A stretch of DNA of 64,000 bases, taken from contig NC_092565.1 in the NCBI RefSeq assembly GCF_037975245.1, positions 23,338,063-23,402,062 on the forward strand. The letters are read 5' to 3'. A program made the translations under genes and the position numbers. The stretch is from Apostichopus japonicus. Lineage: Eukaryota. Below the pieces are notes generated by a model. That model saw nothing but the letters and a program-made list of their open reading frames with translations. It was not told the origin of the DNA and made no database searches. This document shows, piece by piece, positions 48,056 to 62,198 of this stretch; position 1 is the first letter of the stretch, and every line of letters starts with the position of its first letter.

Positions 48056-51000
48056 TATTCAACAGTAAAAAGGTGCATTATGTCTGTTTTGACATGGAAA
48101 CAGTGAATTGATGATGACAACATCTACAGCCCCAATTCTTATATTAAGAGAAGGCCCGGCTTTATAGGTCTCTTACAAATTTTAATTGTGGTTATTGTTT
48201 TTCAGCTAAGTGTAATGCATTTTTGTTTCCAGGGTAACAGACTTACTCTGGTAACTAACAAGTATGTTCATTTTCGAAAACATTTCTTGGCGACAAATAG
48301 TATGCCGAGCAAGCAACAGGCAGATTTAAATAGCTTTAGCGTATTGGGATATTGTACCAGCAAATAATCCAGGGGGCAAATAGTTGTTGGAAAAGTAGGT
48401 AAAAAAAAAATACTCGGAGCTCTGGCTATGAAGAGTATTTGTGTAGTTTTATTGTTCCATTCTTGTGAAGTCTAATATTAGTGTTTGATATAAAATTCAT
48501 TTTCAGATGTCTTGTTGCTCAATATGAATAAGCCTGTGACAGATTCACAGTAATGTATGTATCTTGCAGGAAATAGCAGTTTCTAGGACACCTGTTAGGT
48601 TTACAAACTTTGTTTAGCATTAAATAAAGAAATTGATAAGGATCTATGCTCAAAGACCTTACCAATTTTGTCATCTTGCAAAGCCCTTTGAAACACGAAC
48701 CAGGTAAATTGTTACACATTTTCATCTCGGTTTATTCATTCCAAATTTTGATACAAAGTATAAAAAAAACTGCAGTTTTTTCGGTTGGGTGGGGGGGGGG
48801 CAGTCTAAAACCCCTTGGATCAAATTGATGACTAATATGAGTATCAAAGTTGTGATCTGTAAGAGACTACAATGCATCACTAATTGATAATGCTACCTAC
48901 TGACTTGTGCTCAGTATAATGTTCTTCTTGATAAATCCTTGAAACCGGGTAAATTTGGAATGTTTGCTCAGCTGTCAATGTTTTTTGTATTTATGAGATT
49001 TATCAAAATGCATCTTTTGTAGAAATATTCTTTTCCTGTAACGATAAATTTATTGTAATATTATTAAGAAATACAAAGACATTTTCAGCTGAAGTGCCGT
49101 GATGGCATCAGTCATTCTGCTGTGGCCAGATACATTAAGCAAATATCACAAACTTTGTATACAATTCAGATCTTCTTGATTCAAAATGCTATTAGGATGA
49201 GGTTTTTTGTCGTATTAAAGGTGCCAACATTTTCAACAATCATGCTAACCAATCAACTGCAGCCACCAGAAATTCTTTTTAATTATTAGTTTGTTAGAAA
49301 ATAATATACATTACATATGGATTTTAAATCTGGTGTTAAATTGTGAAACAGACGGCAATCTGAAGATAAGTTAAATGAATAAACTAAAAGTGATAGTTTT
49401 TGGATCTGTCATGTTTCCCTGCCATGTTTTTTTATTTGTGATTTGATTATAGAAATGTTTTTAGCCAGAAAGTTAGTTTTGGTGTATCACTGTCTAGCAA
49501 AGACACAAATTATGTTAGAAGATTATGTTGTGAAGTTTTCTGCACCATACTTGGGAGTGAATGTGCTGGTCTCATCATTTCTGTCTCTGTGTGTGAACAG
49601 ACAGCTCTCAGTGTCTAAATTGCAGCTCCCTGGTATAAAGAAGTCAATTTATTGTGCATCTATTATTGGCTTTGGTGCTATATCATACACTGATGGTTGC
49701 GGTCTTCAATGTCCCATAATGCAACAGTCCGCAGATTATTTTCAGTAGGTCACAAGACTTTTCAAGAATGTCAGAAAGTTATCTAGTTTTCAGAACTTGT
49801 GATAGATTAGGTTACTTGATTTAACAACCAGTCCACAATCTAAGCTAGTTTTCATGCATTGTGAGCATTAATTCTCAAAGTGGCTGGTCCGTGGCTCGTT
49901 CCGGATGGAATATCCTGGGTCATGGGACTAAAAGTTTGCCGCCTGCTATTGTAAGGTATCTGTATTAATTTGTGCTTTAATCCATTCTTTCATTCAACTT
50001 TTTTTTGTGATTTGCCAAATTACTTTCAGTTGCAAAAAAGTTAACATAAAGTGGAATGTGAAAAGGTTGATTCATTTATTTATTTTAATGTGGGCACAAT
50101 GACTGAACAGACTTGATTACTTTGTAGTGGTAACAAAGGGGGGAGGGGAAGGCGTCAATATGGTTTGATCGCTGAAAAAGGTGCAATGTACATTGATAAA
50201 TAATCTAAGAAATTGAAGGGCAGTGTAATTTAAAAAAAAAAAATGATGTATTGTTTAGCTGAATCAGATTATTGATTTTAATATGCTGTTAAAGCAGTAA
50301 AATAGATTTTGATCAGTAGATTTTATTACTTTCTTGCCAATTATTAAGGTCTTTATGTAACTTGGTTTGTTTTAACGACTATGTTTATAAAGACAGGGTC
50401 TTGCTCTTCCTGGAATTGTCTCCAGAAATCATGTACCCTCCTAGGACTGTCCTGGAAATAAGGGTATAAAGATCTTTGTATAATTTCAGTGTGTAAATGC
50501 ACATTTTTAATCATCTTTCTTCATGAACTGCAGTTTCCCCAGTTTAAAGGTACTGTGTTCATTTGGGGGAAGTATCAAAAAGATCAATCGATTTATGGAA
50601 TTGATTACTGCCACCACCAAAGCATTAAGATCCCTGCTGAGACATTTCTCTTATCCAAAATCCTAAATGAATTTGACGGTTGGAATTTCCAGAAATGGAC
50701 ATTTGAAATGCTTTCAGATATACTTTTTATGATGGTAATTTTTGGTAATTTAGTGCCAATAGTAAAGACTGTCAAAATCCTGCTCATTTGATATTTAACG
50801 TCCATGTGAGATGTAAAAATGTATTGAAGTGTCTAGAAGCACTAAACAGCTCTCACTAAAATGACATTTGATTTCTTTATGGAAGGTAACCCACAAAGTA
50901 CAAAACAACAACTGACCAAAGAGGATACTTTTCACGTTTTTCTTTTCAAATTGTAAATTTCAACAGCACAAGCTCTTGATTTGGTGCGTAGCGTTAATTG

Positions 51001-54000
51001 TAAACAATGTAGAGAGGAACGTACTGCTTTCTGATTCTTTAGGAATTTGACTTATATTAGAGATCAAGATTATCGCCATCAATACTGTGGTGTCACAATA
51101 AGGAATGGACCGGGGGCGTTTGCGGGGGAGAGGGACCGGAGGAGGGTATTCTTGTACTCATGTATAATGGTGTTTCAAATCATGTGCTTGATTTTCTTTT
51201 GTATGCTATCCGGAATCAGCTGTATAATTTGTTTGCATAACCTTTTATGCTCAAATGACAAAATACTTGAGTATAATTTGTATTTGTATTAAATCTGTAT
51301 AATTGAGTACAAGGAAAAATCTTGTTTTTATTTCCCCGTGTCTGAAAAACTACTGCCATTCCAGTTTTTTGCAGCTTAATGTTTAAACAGAAATACGAAG
51401 TAACTGACATTTAAACCCATTTGTATTCATTGTTCATTATTTAAATTGGTATGTTATATGAAGGTTTGGTTTTTAATCCCCTGCTGAAATCCCTGTTTCT
51501 CCTCGTGTTAAAAAAAAGTCTGAGATAGCCACTTGACATAAGTACAGTTCTCACTAATCCTGACAGCAAAGTCAGCAAGAAAGCAAAATGTCTGTATCAT
51601 TAATGATTACAAAACAGTCAATTAAGGACAGACGATGAGAATCATATGTTACAAACATTTATTCTATCAAGTTTGAATTTCTGAAAGTGAAAAATATTAC
51701 AAAGGGAAAGGTTTGCAAAATATGATTAAAAGACTGTACATTTTCATTGACGAAAATGGGTAAATTACAGAATAGAAAAGGTAGTGAGAAATACTGTTTC
51801 ATCAAATTATCTATTAGTAACATGAGTTATGGGTGACAAAGGCCTAATTAGAGAGGGAGGGGCTTTCAGCCCCTGGGCCTGATGTCAATCTGGTGAAATA
51901 TGGGGAAATAAAAGTATGTATGTATTTCTCATTTTCAAGATAATGATGAATACAGGAACTACATGAGAAAAAAAAAAGTAATTTCTCACAGCGTCAAACC
52001 AGTATTGACAATTTGACGATACAACGTAATGGCATTTATACTGTGCCTCCAGTCACCACTGTGGCGCCCAAATATTCAAGAAAAGTCAAAATTACAGTGA
52101 TAAGTATTCAAACTTTAAAGAAGCGTTATGGCCACTCTCTAATGCATTTTAGCTTGCTTAGAATCTTTTCCTCCTACTAATTTAAGTCTTCTTTGATGTT
52201 TTAGGAACAACTTAACAGATTTAATACAATCTCTTTTGAGCAATCTCTGTCTTGCTAAAATTTAGAAAGGGAAATAGTTCTGTGGATGCTCTCATATAAA
52301 TCCTTAAGGAAAAGCATTACTTTTGTTAAGTCACCAAGACACTAAATGTATCACTGAATATTAAATACATCTTGATAGTAATCAGATAAATCATAACCGG
52401 CTATTCTGCACACCTATCAAAAACATGCAAGATATTCAAATTTGATTATAAATATGCATATTTGTTCTCAGTTCAAAAGCAGCCATTGTAATAATCAGTT
52501 AGTACACAAACCTATTATAAATAGAAGTTCTCAAACAACTGATACACAAACAACACAAGCCCACTGCTTCAAGGTACTTATATTAAGACAAGTCTTTCTA
52601 TTCTTTTAAATAAATGAATGAATTTTTTTTCTGAGTTCTCATATGTAAATTAATTAACTCTTGTTAAAGAACAACAAAAAAACTGGAGACAGTCATTATG
52701 AGAGTACTTCAAAAGAAGTATTTTGTAAATTAGAAAGAATTTCATCACGGGATAGTGATATACTGTACATTCTGATTCAAACTATGGAAGATGTGATCCT
52801 TGTAACTACCTAGCCGACCGCAAACCTCAAATTTGTGGGAGGAATTTCGGGAAGTTTATTAGTCTGCATGGATAATTTTGTCTGTGTAAAAAAGGGTATT
52901 TTCTGATGAACCAGAGCTTACTTGCAAATTTACTTAAACATCGATTTACAAAAAAACACTCTTATTATACAAAACAAAAAAAGCTTGAAAGTAAATTAAC
53001 TATGCTTTGGTAACAAGTAATGGTCTACTGTATGAAAGATAATGTTATTTGAATATTTACATGAATGTAGTGAATAGTATTTGAAGTAACTTCAACAGGT
53101 AGTCCCACATCTCTCACTAAATGTTGAACATTCTTCTCCAGTTTTAAAAGGGCCATAGAGAAACATTTGTTGTGCAAATTGCAAGACAGATTAAAAAACC
53201 TCAGCAAACCTAGATTGACAAATTTACATGCTAGGCCAATAGGGCGACTCAACCCCCAGATCTTGCAGGCCTGCACAATGGATTTTTCGCAGGATTGTGG
53301 GTCATTTTCCCCCCTCCATTTTGGAGGGTGGGGAGGCAGGCAGACCAAGATTGAAAACTCACAGATTTGACCCGTGATGTGCATTGAATACAAATCAAGT
53401 TGAGGAGAACTGCACATTTGTAGGAGAGAGTTCATAGTTTAGCACTTTGATTTGCTTTATTTAAGACTACTGCTACATAAATACAAAACCATGTTCAATT
53501 CTAATCTGCCACAAAATGTTGCAGCTTTGAGCAAAATATAAAGATACCTGATTTAATCAAGACAACCGCCATCTTGCAACCCCCTCCTAGTTCCCTATCA
53601 ATTTCAATCTCCAATTGCAATCGATTGCTATCAAACATTTTAAGTTTAAAAATCTAGTGGTAGAAGACCAAGGTGATTAAATCAACATTTTAATGAATTA
53701 TTCAGTGAATTCTATTACTAACATTTTTTTTTTCTACTTTGCTAATTTCTTTATTTAATCAATTATTAAAAGGAATCATTTTAGAATTTCAGACAGAAAA
53801 TGTTCCAAACTTGAGGAATGGTATACTGACAATTAACAAGTCAAGTGGGCATTGTTAGTTTTACATAAATATCATTAACTAAAGAATGTAGCTATGGTTA
53901 TGAAAGAGAAGAGCTGCATTATTTTCATTACCCATACAGAAAATGGAACAGCCTGATGGAATTCAAATGTATCATTTTTGGTTTTCCTTAATGTTAACGA

Positions 54001-54652
54001 GTTTATGCTTCATGAGTGAATAACCAGATCTAAGTTGAAAATTTAGTAGTAATTCTTAATTTTTTATGATATCCACCCACATCTTAGTTGCTAGGAATTA
54101 CAAGATGACCATGACAGCTTAGAATAAAGAAGGCAGCCTTTCACTGTGTTAGTAGAACCAATGGATGCTTCTTCATGTTCACTGTATGAAGTTCAGTTTA
54201 AGCTTTTAATATAAAATACTACCTTGTTGAGGTAATCACATTCCAAATTTGAGTCTGTTAAATAACAAAGCTTTTTTTGTGTTGCGTTTGCCAACATTCT
54301 GGTTGTCAGACACATTAACCTTGAAAGGACATATCAAAGTACAGAACATTATAAGACTATTAATTATGTTACTTTGGTCAACCAAACTTGCACCAAGAGT
54401 GACAAAATTAGCCTGCACTCCAATTAACATCCCTTAACATCCAACACCCCTTGAACGTTCTGAACTGTTTCATACTGTAATGAAACAGTTTACAACATTA
54501 AAGAAATACTTCATTGGCTGAAGTTGCTTGTTAATAAAAAAGTGTCCAATATTTTCTGCATCAATTTGTCAAAACAACATCCTCATAGCATTTTGTATGA
54601 CAAAGATGTGAATTTTTCAAATTTGGTAATATTTTGTGAAATGAATCCTATT
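48056..54652. repeat. Tandem segmental duplication, copy 1 (about 6.6 kb)
   Basis: It is colinear with 54653-61573. Long stretches were compared by eye: 48058-48700 versus 54653-55290 are about 97% identical, 50490-51500 versus 57540-58500 about 90%, and 52000-54440 versus 58960-61400 about 96%. The junction is …gtgaaatgaatc|ctattcaacagtaaaaagg. Confidence 0.85.
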
Positions 54653-57600
54653 CAACAGTAAAAAGGTGCATTATGTCTGTTTTGACATGGAAACAGTGAA
54701 TTGACAATGACAACATTTACAGCCCCAATTCTTATATTAAGAGAAGGCCTGGCTTTATAGGTCTCTTACAAATTTAATTGTGGTTATTGTTTTTCAGCTA
54801 AGTGTAATGCATTTTTGTTTCCAGGGTAACAGACTTACTCTGGTAACTAACAAGTATGTTCATTTTCGAAAACATTTCTTGGCGACAAGTAGTATGCCGA
54901 GCAAGCAACAGGCAGATTTAAATAGCTTTAGCGTATTGGGATATTGTACCAGCAAATATTCCAGGGGGCAAATAATTGTTGGAAAAGTAGGTAAAAAAAA
55001 ATACTCGGAGCTCTGGCTATGAAGAGTATTTGTGTAGATTTATTGTTCCATTCTTGTGAAGTCTAATATTAGTGTTTGATATAAAATTCATTTCCAGATG
55101 TCTTGTTGCTCAAAATGAATAAGCCTGTGACAGATTCACAGTAATGTATGTATCTTGCAAGAAATAGCATAGTTCTAGGACACCTTTTAGGTTTACAAAC
55201 TTTGTTTAGCATTAAATAAAGAAAGGATTTATGCTCAAAGACCTTACCAATTTTGTCATCTTGCAAAGCCGTTTGAAACACGAACCAGGTAAATTGTTAC
55301 ACATTTTCATCTCGGTTTATTCATTCCAAATTTTGATACAAAGTAAAAAAAAAACTGCAGATTTTTCGGTGGGGTGGGGGGGGGGCAGTCTAAAACCCCT
55401 TGGATCAAATTGATGACTAATATGAGTATCAAAGTTGTGGTCTGTAAGAGACTACAATGCATCACTAATTGATAATGGTACCTACTGACTTATGCTCAGT
55501 ATAATGTTCTTCTTGATAAATCCTTGAAACTGAGTAAATTTGGGATGTTTGCTCAGCTGTCAATGTTTTTTGTATTTAAGAAATTCATCAAAATGCATCT
55601 TTTTGTAGAAATATTCTTTTCCTGTAAGGATAAATTTATTGTCATATTATTAAGAAATACAAAGTCATTTTCAGCTGAAGTGCCGTGATGGCATCAGTCA
55701 TTCCGCTATGGCCAGATGCATTAAGCAAATATCACCAAATTTGTAAACAATTCAGATCTTCTTGATTCAAACTGCTATTAGGATGAGGTTTTTTGTCGTA
55801 AGGTGCCAACATTTTCAACAATCATGCTAACCGATCAACTTCAGCCACCAGAAATTCTTTTTAATTATTAGTTTGTTAGAAAATAATATACATTACATAT
55901 GGATTTAATAATATACATTACATATGGATTTTAAATCTGGTGTTAAATTGTGAAACAGATAGCAATCTGAAGATAAGTTAAATGAATAAACTAAAATTGA
56001 CTTGTGTTTGGAACAGTCATGTTTCCCTGCCATGTTTTTTGATTTGTGAATTGATTAAAGACATGATTTAAGCCAGAAAGTTAGTTTTGGTGTGTCACTG
56101 TCTAGCTAAGACACAAATTATGTTAGAAGGTTATGTTCTGAAGTTTTCTGCACCATACTCGGGAGTGAATGTACTGGTCTCATCATTTCTGTCTCTGTGT
56201 GTGAACAGAGAGCTGTCAGTGTCTAAATTGCAGCTCCCTGGTATAAATAAGTCTTAAAGTCAATTTATTGTTCATCTATTGGCTTTGGTGCTATATCATA
56301 CACTGATGGTTGTTGTCTTCATTAATCCCGTAAGGCAACAGTCCACAGACTACTTTCAGTAGGTCACGAGACTTTTCAAGAATGTCAGGAATTCATCTAG
56401 TTTTCAGAACTTATAGATTAGGTTACTTGAGTTAACATCCAGTCCACAATCTAAGCTAGATCACTTCTCAGACTTTTGGCTAAGATTATGTGTAATATCT
56501 GTTCCCTTTCAAGGGGAATGGTGATGCACACCCGACGATGATCACACACTCACAGTCCCGATGCAAGGGGACTGGGGTTGAGAGCGGATCAGTCGTTTGC
56601 TAGTTTGATTTTTCGTGCCCTTGGGGTCTTTCCTGGGTGACTATTCTTAAAAAGTATCTAAGCTAGTTTTCCTGCATTCTGAGCATTCATTCTCAAAGTG
56701 TTGGGTCGTGGCTCGTTCCAGACTCAGTATCCTGGGTCATGGGACTAAAAGTTTGCTGCCTGCTATTGTAAGGTATATGTATTAATTTGTGCTTTAATCC
56801 ATTCTTTCATCTAACTTTTTTTGTAATTTGCCATATTACTTTCAGTTGCAAAAAAGTTAACACAAAGTGGAATGTGAAAAGGTTGATTTATTTATTTATT
56901 GTAATGAGGGCACAATGACTGTACAGACTTGATTACTTTGTAGATTGGTATTATAAGTAGCATATTTTGTTGAGGGGGTTGTGACAGGAGAGCGGTAACA
57001 AAGGGCGAAGGGTAAGGGGGGGGGGCATCAATATGGTTTGATCGCTGAAAAAGGTGCAATGTACATTGATTAATATTCTAAGAAATTAAAGGGCAGTGTA
57101 ATTTTAAAAAAAAATCATGTATTGTTTAGCTGAATCAGATTATTGATGTTAATATGCTGTTAAAGCAGTAAATCAGTTTTTGATCAGTAGATTTTATTAC
57201 TTTCTTGCCAATTATTAAGGTCTTCATGTAACTTGGTTTGTTTTAGGAAGTTGCTTATAAAGACAGGGTCTTGCTCGTCCTGGAATAGTCACCGGAATGC
57301 ATGTACCCTCCCAGGACTGTCCTGGAACTTGTCAAAACATAATGAATAATTTATATTTTACCTTCGAATAATTTCAATTATATTTAAACTATTATTTGGA
57401 AAGATCACTTGATGGTAATCAGTTATTATTTACTACTACAATGTTCATAAGTTCATCCACACTTGCAGATAACAGAATAAAGATCTTTGTATAACTTCAC
57501 TGTGTAATTCACATTTTAATCATCTTTGTGAATTGGCTGAAGTTTCCCCAGTTAAAACGTAGTGTGTTCATTTGCAGGGAAATGTCAAAATGATCAATGG

Positions 57601-60600
57601 ATTTATGGAATCCATTACTGCCACCACCAATGCAGTTATATTATCCAAAATCCTAAATAAATTGGACAGTTGGAATTTCCAGAAAAGTACATTTGAAAAG
57701 CTTTCAGATTTACTTATTATTATGGTAAAATTTAGTGCCAATAGTGAAGACTTTGTCAAAATCCTGCTCATTTAATATAAAAGTCCATGTGCAATGTGAA
57801 TGGTAATGTACTGTCTAGAAGCACTATACAGTTCTCACTAAAATGAAATTTGATTTCTTTATGGAAGGTAACCCACAAAGTACAAAACAACAACTGACCA
57901 GAGGATTTTCACGTTTTTCTTTTCAAATTGTAAATTCCAACAGCACAAGCTCTTGATTTGGTGCGTAGCATTAATTGTAAACAATGTAGAGAGGAACATA
58001 CTCCTGTATATTTCTTTAGGATTTTGACTTGTACAAGAGATCAAGATTATTGCCATTAATACTGTGGTGTCACAATAAGGAATGGACCAGGGGGGGGGGG
58101 GGAGGGAGCGGAGGAGGGTATTCTTGTACTCATGTATAATGGTGTTTCAAATCATGTGCTTGATTTTCTTTTGTATGCTATCCGGAATCAGCTGTATAAT
58201 TTGTTTGCATAACCTTTTATGCTCAAATGACAAAATACTTTGTATAATTTGTATTTGTATTAAATCTGTATAATTGAGTACAAGGAAAAATCTTGTTTTT
58301 ATTTCCCCGTGTCTGAAAAACTACTGCCATTCCAGTTTTTTGCAGCTTAATGTTTAAACAGAAATACGAAGTAACTGACATTTAAACCCATTTGTATTCA
58401 TTGTTCATTATTTAAATTGGTATGTTATATGAAGGTTTGGTATTTACTCCCCTGCTGAAATCCCTGTTTCTCCTTGTGTTAAAAAAAAGTCTGAGATAGC
58501 CACTTGACATAAGTACAGTTCTCACTAATCCTGACAGCAAAGTCAGCAAGAAAGCAAAATGTCTGTATCATTAATGATTACAAAACAGTCAATTAAGGAC
58601 AGACGATGAGAATCATATGTTACAAACATTTATTCTATCAAGTTTGAATTTCTGAAAGTGAAAAATATTACAAAGGGAAAGGTTTGCAAAATATAATTAA
58701 AAGACTGTACATTTTCATTGACAAAAATGGGTAAATTACAGAATAGAAAAGGTAGTGAGAAATACTGTTTCATCAAATTATCTATTAGTAACATGAGTTA
58801 TGGGTGACAAAGGCCTAATTAGAGAGGGAGGGGCTTTCAGCCCCTGGGCCTAATGTCAATCTGGTGAAATATGGGGAAAATAAAAGAATGTATGTATTTC
58901 TCATTTTCAAGATAATGATGAATACAGGAACTACATGAGAAAAAGAAATTAATTTCTCACAGCTTCAAACCAGTATTGACAATTTGACGATACAACGTAA
59001 TGGCATTTATACTGTGCCTCCAGTCACCACTGTGGCGCCCAAATATTCAAGAAAAGTCAAAATTAGTGATAAGTATTCAAACTTTAAAGAAGCATTTTAC
59101 GGCCACCCTCCAATGCATTTTAGGTGCTTTCCTCCTACTAATTTAAGTTTACTTTGATGGTTTAGGAATAACTTAGCAGATTTAATACAATTGCTCTTCT
59201 TGCCAAAATTTGGTGGAAAGGGTAATAGTTCTGTGGATGCTCTTTATGCATAAATCCTCAAGGAAAAGCATTACTTTTGTTAAATCACCAAGACACTAAA
59301 TGTATCACTGAATATTAAATATATCTTGATATTTAATCAGATAAATCATAACCGGCTATTCTGCACACCTATCAAAAACATGCAAGATATGCGTATTCAA
59401 ATTTGATTGTAAATATGCATATTTGTTCCCATTTTAAAAGCAGCCATTGTAATAATCAGTTACACAAACCTATTATAAATAGAAGTTCTCAAACAGCTGA
59501 TACACAAACAACACAAGCCCACTGCTTCAAGGTACTTATATTAAGACGAGTCTTTCTATTCTTTTAAATAAATGAATGAATTTTTTCTGAGTTCGCATAT
59601 GTAAATTAATTAACTCATGTTAAAGAACAGAAAAAAAAAAAAAATAACTGGAGACAGTCATTATGAGAGTACTTCAAAAGAGGTATTTTGTAAATTAGAA
59701 AGAATTCCATTACGGGATAGTGATATACTGTACATTCTGATTCAAACTAAGGAAGATAATGTGATCCTTGTAACTACCTAGCCGAACGAGAACCTCAAAT
59801 TTGTGGGAGGAATTTCGGGAAGTTTATTAGTCTGCGTGGATAAGTTTGTCTGTGTAAAAAAGGGTATTTTCTGATGAACCAGAGCTTACTTGCAAATTTA
59901 CTTAAACATCGATGTACAAAAAAACACTCTTATTATACAAAACAAAACAAGCTTGAAAGTAAATTAACTATGCTTTGGTAACAAGTAATGGTCTACTGTA
60001 TGAAAGATAATGTTATTTGAATATTTACATGAATGTAGTGAATAGTATTTGAAGTAACTTCAACGGGTAGTCCCACATCTCTCACAAAATGTCTAACATT
60101 CTTCTCCAGTTTTAAAAGGGCCATAGAGAAACATTTGTTGGTGCTAATTGCAAGACAGATTAAAAAATCAGCAAACCTAGATTGACAAATTTACATGCTA
60201 GGCCAATAGGGCGACTCAACCCCCAGATCTTGCAGGCCTGCACAATGGATTTTTTTCCGCAGGATTGTGGGTCATTTTCCCCCTCCATTTTGGAGGGTGG
60301 GGAGGCAGGCAGGCCAAGATTAAAAACTCACAGATTTGGGCCGTGATGTGCATTGAATACAAATCAAGTTGAGGAGAACTGCACATTTGTGGGAGAGAGT
60401 TAATAGTTTAGCACTTTGATTTGCTTTATTTAAAAGACTACTGCTACATAAATACAAAACAATGTAAAAGTCTAATCTGTCACAAACTGTCGCAGCTTTG
60501 AGCAGAATATAAAGATACCCGATTTAATCAAGACAACCGCCATCTTGCAACCCCCTCCCTAGTTCCCTATCAATTTCAATCTCCAATTGCAATTGATTGC

Positions 60601-61573
60601 TATCAAACATTTTAAGTTTAAAGATCTAGTTGTAGAAGACCAAGGTGATTAAATATACATTTTAATGAATTATTCACTGAATTCTATTACCAACATTTTT
60701 CTTTTCTACTTTGCTAATTTCTTTATTTAATCGATTATTAAAAGGAATCATTTTAGAATTTCAGACAGAAAATGTTCAAAACTTGAGGAATGGTATACTG
60801 ACAATTAACAAGTCAAGTGGGCATTGTTAGTTTTACATAAATATCATTAACTAAAGAATGTAGCTATGATTATGAGAGAGAAGAGCTGCATTATTTTCAT
60901 TACCCATACAGAAATTGGAACAGCCTGATGGAATTCAAATGTAACTTTTTTGGGTCTCCTTAATGTTAATGATTTTATGCTTCATAAGTGAATAACCAGA
61001 TCTAAGTTGAAAATTTAGTAGTAATTCTTAATTTTTTATGATATCCACCCACATCTTAATTGCTAGGAATTACAAGATGACCATGACAGCTTATGCTAAA
61101 GAAGGCAGCCTTTCACTGTGTTAGTAGAACCAATTGATGCTTCTGCATGTTCAATGTTTGAAGTTCAGTTTAAGCTTTTAATATAAAATACTACCTTGTT
61201 GAGGTAATCACATTCCAAATTTGAGTCTGTTAAATAACGAAGCTTTTTTGTGTTGCGTTTGCCAACATTCTGGTTGTCAGACACATTAACCTTTAAAGGA
61301 CATATCAAAGTACAGAACATTATAAGACTATTAATTATGTTACTTTGGTCAACCAAACTTGCACCAAGAGTGACAAAATTAGCCTGCACTCCAATTAACA
61401 TCCCTTAACATCCAACACCCCTTGAACGTTCTGAACTGTTTCATACTTTTGCTTTTTAATAAAAAAGTGTCCAATATTTTCTGCATCAATTTGTCAAAAC
61501 AACATCCTCATAGCATTTTGTATGACAAAGATGTGAATTTTTCAAATTTGGTAATATTTTGTGAAATGAATCT
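54653..61573. repeat. Tandem segmental duplication, copy 2 (about 6.9 kb; carries extra insertions at 56460-56655 and about 57300-57480)
   Basis: As for copy 1. It ends at …ttgtgaaatgaatc|tggcaacagcag, where homology to the unit start is lost. Confidence 0.85.
56460..56655 (+). mobile_element. 196-bp retroposon whose first 46 nt are U2-snRNA-like (ATCACTTCTCAGACTTTTGGCTAAGATTATGTGTAATATCTGTTC), flanked by an 11-bp TSD atctaagctag; present only in copy 2 of the 6.6-kb tandem duplication
   Basis: It matches the U2 snRNA 5' end (ATCGCTTCTCGGCCTTTTGGCTAAGATCAAGTGTAGTATCTGTTC) at about 38/46 positions, starting exactly at nt 1. The remainder is not U2. It has a short A-rich 3' end (ttcttaaaaagt). 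The target site atctaagctag is duplicated (56449-56459 and 56656-56666). The paralogous site in copy 1 (about 49838-49848) is unoccupied. Confidence 0.55.
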
Positions 61574-62198
61574 GGCAACAGCAGAGTGAGTGATGTCATC
61601 CAGCACTTCAGTTGTAAATGTATTTGTTCATCTTTATAATAATTTAACTCATTCACAGAGGAATATCATATATAACATTTCTACAAAAAAGTTTGATGAA
61701 ATTATCAATAAAGAGGAAAATTGAAAGAGAAGATTACAGAAGCGTAAGTAAAATTTTGAAGAGCATTTGTGATCCATTCCCTGAAAAGGATCAAGCCATT
61801 CAATCAACCATAGGTTGAGTTGACACAAGATATTGAGATATCTCAACTAGCAGTGAGGAATATTTTTTTCCTTTTCCATGAAAGTGTCACAATATCTGCC
61901 ACTGGAATATCTGTTGCCACAAAACGTGGCAGTCCCTGCCACAAAATTTTGCAGTCAAATGGTTAACCACATAGACCTGCTAAGTAGTTTAATTAGGTCC
62001 GCCCAAACACAAAATACAGCTTTGTTTAACTTGACTTCCTGAAAGCATTGGAAACTAGGTCACTCCCTCTCAATTTCTTGTGCTATGGTACTTACATGAC
62101 GCTCGCTTTGCTGTTTTAATATATATATAAATTCATATAAAAGTCAACAAAGCTGTAATATTTACATCGTCACTGATGCTGATAAGGTTTTAACCTTT

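Noticed and set aside
50489-50791. 100-aa ORF that is partly conserved in the second copy of the tandem duplication (57572-57775), suggesting a gene
   Set aside because: Conservation merely reflects the young duplication. Frame-breaking indels separate the copies, an antisense ORF of equal length overlaps, and there is no start context or homology.
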